Source: Octopus vulgaris (Eukaryota). From it: 64,000 nt of DNA. The stretch covers positions 76,384,001-76,448,000 of the forward strand of contig OX597825.1 in assembly GCA_951406725.2 (NCBI GenBank), read 5' to 3'. The notes below the pieces were generated by a model. The model was not told the origin of the DNA, made no database searches, and was given only the letters and a program-made list of their open reading frames with translations. The position numbers were made by a program, and so were the translations under genes. Every line of letters starts with the position of its first letter. Position 1 is the stretch's first letter. Positions 56,595 through 64,000 of this stretch are shown one piece after another.

Positions 56595-57581
56595 TGTATA
56601 GGGCGAGAATTTACAGAAAAGAACAAAAGACGAAGACAGGTGGTGTGTGTGTGTCTGAGTGTGCACTACAGCAAAAATTTAAATTTTGGACATAGAGTTT
56701 TTGTGGTAATGATTACTAATCTATTGTTTGGAGTGAGTTTCTTATCTGATGTATGTATGTATGTATGTATGTATGTATGTATGTATGTATGTATAGGGCG
56801 AGAATTTACAAAAAAGAACAAAAGACGACGACAGGTGGTGTGTGTGTGTCTGAGTGTGCACTATTCGCAAAAATCTTAACATTTTGGACATAGAGTTACC
56901 GAAGGTTTCGTATCTATACAGAGATGACACTCAAGCATCTCTTGAGGGGCTAACATACGCACCTCTGAAAGACCTAATTAGCACACTTAGCAGCGTGGGG
57001 CTCAAAATTACGACCGCGGTTAACTTCACCGTTGTAAAGTTTTTAGATGCTACCTTAGACCTTCTTTCTCAATGTTAAAACCTGTGTGAGAAGAATATTC
57101 CTTTGATTGTTGGACAAACGCTTCTCTCACTCACAAAAATCCGGACGTTTTGTCAGTAATTTTATTGTCTGGACAATAAAAAAATGAAAAAAGTGGACCA
57201 CACCGAGATATAACAATATCTGTTTCAACACACGATTTCACATCAGGAATTTTACAAACCAAACACATAAACGTTTCATTGTGAAGCTCTTGGATTTATA
57301 AATGAACCTCTGAACTTTGAATCTCTGAGAGAACGGGATAGCCATGCTCCTTCCATTATACCCTTATCTAGGAGAATTTAATATGCTTTTAAATGAAAAT
57401 AATGGAGAATTTAAAAAGGAACATTAACTTTAAACCATGTAAAAAAATTCGTATATATAAGGGAATTTCCACGTGTGCTGCTGGTCTATATATTTATGGG
57501 TTAAGGTAAAATTCGTTAACGGAAAAGAGAGAACAGAGAAGATAGATAGATAGATAGATAGATAGATATATATATAGATAT

Positions 57582-57624
<43 letters not shown>

Positions 57625-59515
57625 AGAGGGAGAGAGAGAGGCGGGGGAGAGATAGAGAGAACCTAAGGGAAGTTGTTTACTGAACGGAACAGCGGACAAT
57701 GCTGTTTATCTCCTATGCTTTTTCTTCTTCAAAATTCTATTTGAGCCGTCATTTAGCGCATGCGCTTTAGTGAATCAATTGTCGTCTGCTTACTGAGAAC
57801 TTATAAAATATGTCCAACAACTCATGTCAAAATAGCAAGAGAAAGGTAAGGCGTTTTTATAGTATTTTTTTCTTTCAAATGACCGTATTGAGATATGTTA
57901 TAGATCTACTAAAGTAGGAAGAAATAATATAGATAATGTGTTTGATTTTGTGCTTAACATAAAATGAAAAATAACAGATAAATCACAAAGTAGAAGATAT
58001 GAGAATATAGAATCTTTCAGAGATGTTGCATCTTGAGATTGCACATTTAATATTACTTGTATAGAATTTTATATCCTTTCACGGGTCTTATGGTTCAGAA
58101 AAATATACATTTCCTTCTTACAATTTTCAAAATAGTCGTCGAGTTTCCACAGGGTACTTAGTAGTTTAATAATTACCTATCAAATGACAGTCTTCATTAT
58201 AGGGAGGTGTGTGGGCTCAATGTGGAGTTTCTGCTGCAGTTTTGACTTTGAAACAAAATATATTTTTTACAAATGTTCCCTACCTTACAAAAACTATATC
58301 AGCTAATTGAACGGAATTTGCTATATGCATTAAGAGTATTATAACTGAATTTGGTTATTATTTCAGAAATTTCATTCTCACTTTCTTTGGGTCCGTAAAA
58401 GACAAATTTGTTTGTAGCAGAATGAAGAAGATACGATAATGTAAATTTGCCGCAGATATTTTATTAGAAACCTCAATTACAGTCTGGTCAAAACCGAGGA
58501 AAAATTCCTTGAAAAAAAGTACATTTCGACTGACTACATTTGGGACTCTCTCAACTTTAATAACAAAACGTATGCTGACCAATTTTCATTTCTAAAGATG
58601 ACCCTTCAATACAAAATGATGAAGTAATACTTGCAGTGTAAAGGGTTTAAAGATGTAGAGAGAAAATATCGAGAAATCAGAAGTTACTAATTCTACCCTG
58701 GTTACTAAATTCCCTTTCCTCATTTTTACGAATGTGTTTAAAATATCAGTTAATGTTATTGTGTTGAGCAGTTTTGTCATTGGTAAAATCTATTGCAGTT
58801 ATGCAAATGAGGAATTTCTTTAACTTAATTTTTAATTCAGTATTCTTAATTTAAAACTTTGTAGCTGTCGGTTATTTCCAAATTAAGCGTTATAAAATTC
58901 TAATAAGGCTATATTAAAATTAGTGTACAACACATCTCACATTGCTTGATACAAACTTACACTCTGGCAGAAGTGTACCTTCCTCATTATTCGTTAAACA
59001 ACTCCAATCGAGATACACACAACAAGCAAGGTCTTTATGCATAAACAAACTATTGATCGTACACAAGATATGCCACTTTTTAAATTGTAAAATATTTAAT
59101 AGTAGAACGAAACAAACACGGCGAAGTTTCAGATCTGCACGCGACTTAATTTAGATATTCTCCGATTTGACGGAGATTTTTCGAATTTTTTTTTTTCGCC
59201 ACGACTTTCGAAACGAGAGAGTGGGAGGTGCATCTGTTTATGGAAAATAATTTCTGCAAATTCAAGATCTTTTTCACCTCCACCCCATCGCGCATTCCTT
59301 CAGACAGATTTTGGCCAATTCTTTTGGCACGAAAATCCATGTGAAAGGCTTTGATCTTCCTTTCTTTTTCTCCGTTGCTCTCTTAAAGATTTGTCTGTTT
59401 AATAGAAGAGAGATAACTCTGACATTTATTTATTAGCTTCACGTCCCTTGGTTACTATTTTCATGCAATAAAACGCAAAGTGAGTCATTGGTCACACAAG
59501 AGAGAGAGAGAGAGT
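56386..59515. repeat. Tandem array unit 4 (type B, internally deleted and 3'-interrupted)
   Basis: Has the insertion at 56600-56915, joined directly to the YRDD segment; ends in (GA)n. The start of a fifth unit lies at ~59900-60030. Confidence 0.93.
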
Positions 59516-60040
59516 ATTTCTTTATTCACCATAAGGTTGAGAAAAAGAGGGGACAAAACAAACGTTGGGGTCAGGGTATCGAATGAGACGAAACATATGA
59601 ATAAACAAAGAATTAAAATATATACAATTAAATGAGAATGAGTGAATAACAAAAAATGAAGCGGAGGACGCGGTTGACCCCACAAACCACATACTCACAC
59701 TGAAGACTTTGCTTTATCCTTTTTTACATTCTTGAATAAACAGGTTCTTTCACTCGCAACATACTTGCTATATACTTCCATCTTTTACGAAACACACTTT
59801 GCGACAGGCATTTCTTCTCCAGCCTTATTTTCCGTTTCATGTGGAAAACGAAAAAGTCTATTAGCTCGAGACTGGAGATAAACATGCCTGTTGCAATGCA
59901 CACATATACACCTCATATACATACATACCCGCACAAATATATATATATGAAATAGAATTATTAAACACGTTTGTTTTCAGAATAATATCGTTCTCATATA
60001 TATAGATGTTATGTTATTTGACCGAGAATATATCTGTGTG

Positions 60041-60187
60041 CATCATCATCATCATCATCATCGTTTAGCGTCCGTTTTCCATGCTAGCATGGGTTGGACG
60101 GTTCTACTGGGGTCTGTGAAGCCAGAAGGCTTCATCAGGCCCAGTCAAATCTGGCAGTGTTTCTACGGCTGGATGCCCTTCCTAACA
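60041..60187 (-). mobile_element. RTE extreme 3' end
   Basis: (CAT)n plus family UTR. Confidence 0.8.
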
Positions 60188-60479
60188 TATGTATGTATGT
60201 ATGTTTGCATGTGTGTACATATATCTATATACATATGCTTTATTTAAAGCAGCAGAAAATTCAACAAAACCTGTTACTCTGAGTTTCCCGTTGCAGTTCA
60301 TATATGAGGGAGAATTCACAAAAAGGAACAAAAGATGAAATACAAGAGAAATTAGAGAAGGCCAGATTTAAAGGGAAAAATAAAAAAAAGGGAAGTAAAT
60401 TGAAAAGGGCAGGTTCAGAACTAAAAATGGATGACTGCTAGGGAATGATTGTAATAAGAAAGAACATTATATATAAATG

Positions 60480-60790
60480 AGCATACATAGGTGCAATGAG
60501 CAACCACTTCAAAAAATGATTCAGGAACCAAGTTGCATCATTTACCAGTAACTGCAAGAGTCAATGCACCTCACTCACAGACTTTGCATGGAAACTTAAA
60601 AACAAAGGGATAAGATTTGTAACAACGTAGTTAGTATTAAGAAACACAAACCCCTATGATGCACTGTCCCATGTTTGCAACTTATACCTGGAAGAGACTC
60701 TAAAGATAATTTTATGCAAGGACAAACTAATTAATAAGCATTATCAGGTTATACTTATGTGTAACCATAAATTAAATAGCACTTTTAAAG
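60480..60790 (+). mobile_element. Penelope GIY-YIG endonuclease remnant
   Basis: YIGAMSNHFKK*FRNQVASF...TSLTDFAWKLK...PY...CNLYLEE...LINK...MCNH. Confidence 0.78.
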
Positions 60791-60956
60791 GGTTTGCAAA
60801 AATAATATAAGAAATTCTAGCTGATATTGAAACTGTTTTTATAAAAACCTTCATTACTCTGAACGGATTACTTGTGTTGGCAGGTTGGAATCCTTACTTG
60901 TTTGCATGTTAAAGAAGTTGTAACAAATTGTAAAAGTTGCTTGGTATCCCCTAAAG

Positions 60957-61284
60957 CAGGGCTGGCCAACCTGAGACCCACAGGCCACATGCAGCCCACA
61001 GACTGTTAACTTGCAGCCCACTTGAAATTTTCTTGAAATGGGTTTATTTAGACAAACATTTAAAAAATTTTATCAAAAATTAAAGATTGTAATGAAAAGG
61101 AAAAGAGAAAGATCCCCTGTTTTGAAGTAATAATATTTCATGCTGAATCAACAATCATTCATTCACTGTTGTAATAATAGCATGAGAAAGCAAAATGTTT
61201 TCAATTCTGTCAGTATAGAAGTGGCCTTCAAAAAACTTCCTTTGATTAAAGTGGCCCACAATGTAATTTGAGTTGACAGGCTTG
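60957..61284. mobile_element. hAT (Charlie-like) MITE remnant
   Basis: CAGGGCTGGCCAAC start, subterminal ggcc(c)ac repeats, end gttgacaggcttg; no clear TSD. Confidence 0.55.
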
Positions 61285-62057
61285 TGGTGAAATGATTGTA
61301 GAGCAATGTGAGATGAAGTGTTTTGCTCAAGAAAACAATACACCTCCTGGTTTAGGTGTGCAACACCCAAACTGCTAGGACATGCATTCTCAAAATAATG
61401 AGTCAATATTATTTTTGTTTGCAAGGGTTATGTAAATTGAAATTAAAATACATAGTTGATGTTAATATACAGGAAATAATTTGTATAAGTAGGTTACAAT
61501 TAAGTAAGTGGATGCCTAATATCAAGCAAGTGAGCATTGTTATTTGTATAATCAAAATAATTATATGTCAATTATAATCCTCCTATTATTGTGGCAGTGA
61601 CAAGGACCCATTAGTAATCAATAATGGTATTAAAATCTTTGATAAAATTTGGGAGAAAGCACTTATATCCCAAACCCATGATAATATTACAATAAAGATC
61701 TGAGAAAGTGCGTTAAATTTATTTTCTTAAAGCAAGATTTATTATATAAGGAGGATTGGTTATAAAATAAGATTGAATAGTTGAATAGATATTAAAATAA
61801 TTGCAATGATTAAATGGAAGACTGAAATGGTAAAATAGTGAGAATAGCTACAAAGGGGCATGTTAATCAGTGATAGTCATAAAATAAATATGAAATATAG
61901 TTATAATAAATTACATATATTGATGGAAAAAATATATATTAATTTTATTCAGACAGAAATCATTTTATATTTATGATACCATAATGTAATGTAGGGAAAA
62001 ACTTTAGCATTTTCTAGAAAGTGCAGTTGAAGCAAAACAGTATATCTTCAGTAGTGA

Positions 62058-62320
62058 ATACAGTTCTATATTTAAGAGATGAGGAATTATGTACATTATT
62101 TACATTTGATGGATATTTGTCCTTATCTTGTTTGTTGTTAACACGTATCAGCTGATATACCCTCCAAGCCTTCATCAGGTGTCTTGGGGAAATTTCGAAC
62201 CTGGGTTCTCATTCCTCAGGTATTTTTTGATGTTGTTGTTGTTGTTGTTGTCATTATTCAGGTCACTGCCTGGAATCAAACTCGGAATATTGGGGTTAGT
62301 AGCCTGTGCTCTTAACCACT
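62058..62320 (-). mobile_element. tRNA-headed SINE-like element with degenerate hammerhead
   Basis: Inverted copy of 62458-62695. Confidence 0.7.
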
Positions 62321-62457
62321 ATGAAATATAGTTATAGAAATTACATATATTGATGGAAAAAAATATATATACCATTTATACAAACAGAAATCATTTTATA
62401 TTTATGATACCATAATGTAATGTAGGGAAAAAATTTAAGTATTTCCTCGAAAGTGCA

Positions 62458-62695
62458 GCTGTCATAGTGGTTAAGAGTATGGCGACTAACCCCAAGATTC
62501 TGAGTTCGATTCCAGGCAGTGACCTGAATAATAATAATAAAAATAATAATAATAGCATTGAAAAATACCTTAGGAATGATAACCCAGGTTCGAAATTTCT
62601 CCAAGACACCTGATGAAGGCTGGAGGGTATATCAGCCAAAACGTGTTAACAACAAACAAGATGAGGACAAATATACATAATGTAAATAATGTTCA
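62458..62695 (+). mobile_element. tRNA-headed SINE-like element with degenerate hammerhead (62606-62648)
   Basis: tagtggttaagag (A box), gagttcgattcc (B box), (AAT)n, then acac CTGATGA a ggctg..cagcc aAAA cg. Confidence 0.7.
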
Positions 62696-63059
62696 GTAGT
62701 GAAGAATGAAGAATCTGAACATTCAAACTTTGTTTATTTACAGTTGGTTTATTCATAATAATTGTCTGACCTATGTTTCAATTGCATTAATTGCATGTTG
62801 TAATTCAAATATCAAACCTATTTCAACAGTATATTGAAATTATTACTGAATTAATAATGCTTTATATTGTGTTGCTTCACTGTTTTATACTCAATCTACA
62901 CTAAGGAATTCCAGTGGTAGATACAGCAACATCTGTGTAATATCAGGTACATTTTCAAACCCCAAGACAAAGAGAAAAAATAGACAAAAAAGGAAAACCA
63001 AAATAAGAAGTACAAAAGCATACAAAGAAGAATTGTGCAACAAGGGACTACACAATTAA

Positions 63060-63620
63060 TTCCATGTAGTCACAACAGAAGTTGCTGGAAAAAATAGGTA
63101 GGATTGCCTGAAGAAAAGAACACTAAAAAAAGAGACTGAGAGTACTGTACTGGCAGCACAAGACCAAGCTTTGGCCATGAACTGGAATGAGCAAGTGTCT
63201 CTGTTGTGTTGCATCTGTAATAGACTGGATGAAACCATTACCCATATCACAAACGTATGCCATAGACTTGCGCAAAACCACTACAAGTTGTGGGGACATG
63301 ATCAGGTAGTGAAAGAGCTGCATTGGAAACTGTGCAAAAAGTGGGGGCTAGTGAGAGGCAAGATGTGATATGAGTACAAACTGCAGAGAGTGGCAGTGTC
63401 GGGGACTTGCAAAATTCTCTGGGATTACCCAATCCAAATATATCAGGTGCTAGAGAATAACAGACTGGGCCTAGTGGTGGTCGTTAAGAGGCACTACATG
63501 TGCTATATAGTTGGTGTTGCATGCTCCTTTGTCCCATGAATAATCAAGATGGAAGGTGAAAAAATAGATGGCTAGAATAATCAGGAAAGTATTAGATAAC
63601 TGAAAAGAATGGATAGCATG
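63060..63620 (+). mobile_element. R4/Dong-like REL LINE 3' fragment
   Basis: LKKETESTVLAAQDQAL...CCIC...ETITHITNVC...GHDQVVKELHWKLC...ILWDYPIQ. Confidence 0.8.
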
Positions 63621-63802
63621 GTACAGTAGACTGCAGGTTGCAAGCCTGCTATGCATGCAGAACTCCAGGAGTTCAAACACAACCTGTGATGAAAAGAAAT
63701 GATGATGATGATGATAATAATAATAATATCAACAACAATTAGATTCTGTCTTGATAATGATTTCTTTATTAATCACAAGGAATTTACATTGAGTGTGTGT
63801 GT

Positions 63803-63850
<48 letters not shown>

Positions 63851-64000
63851 ATATACTAATGGTTTCAAATTCTGGCTTAAGGCCTGTAATTTTAGGAGGT
63901 GAGGCTTGTATGATTTCATCAACCTTAGTGTTCAAATGATTTAATTCCATTGAGCCTGGAAAGATAAAGAGCAAGGCCATATCATACTGGGATTGCCTTT

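Overview
Repeat-rich, AT-rich eukaryotic DNA, most likely an octopus (coleoid cephalopod) genome, judging from the RTE LINEs with (CAT)n tails, the tRNA-SINE families and dense (TA)n/(CATA)n/(GA)n microsatellites. Most ORFs in the supplied track are microsatellite artefacts or decayed retroelement pieces. Recognisable mobile elements are RTE and BovB-like LINEs, CR1/L2, R4/Dong-type REL LINEs, Penelope-like elements (PLEs), mariner, hAT, a Helitron and SINEs. Three features stand out. (1) There are about 9 type I hammerhead-ribozyme motifs, several linked to PLE remnants, two of them with intact cores and an unusual ~97-nt branched stem II. (2) A four-copy ~3.2-3.7 kb tandem array at 46.3-59.5 kb has A-B-A-B higher-order structure, and each unit carries a promoter-like motif cluster, an ATG and a splice donor. 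(3) Scattered minus-strand exon candidates point to an unidentified, possibly secreted protein gene. All calls were made by eye; no database searches or folding programs were run.
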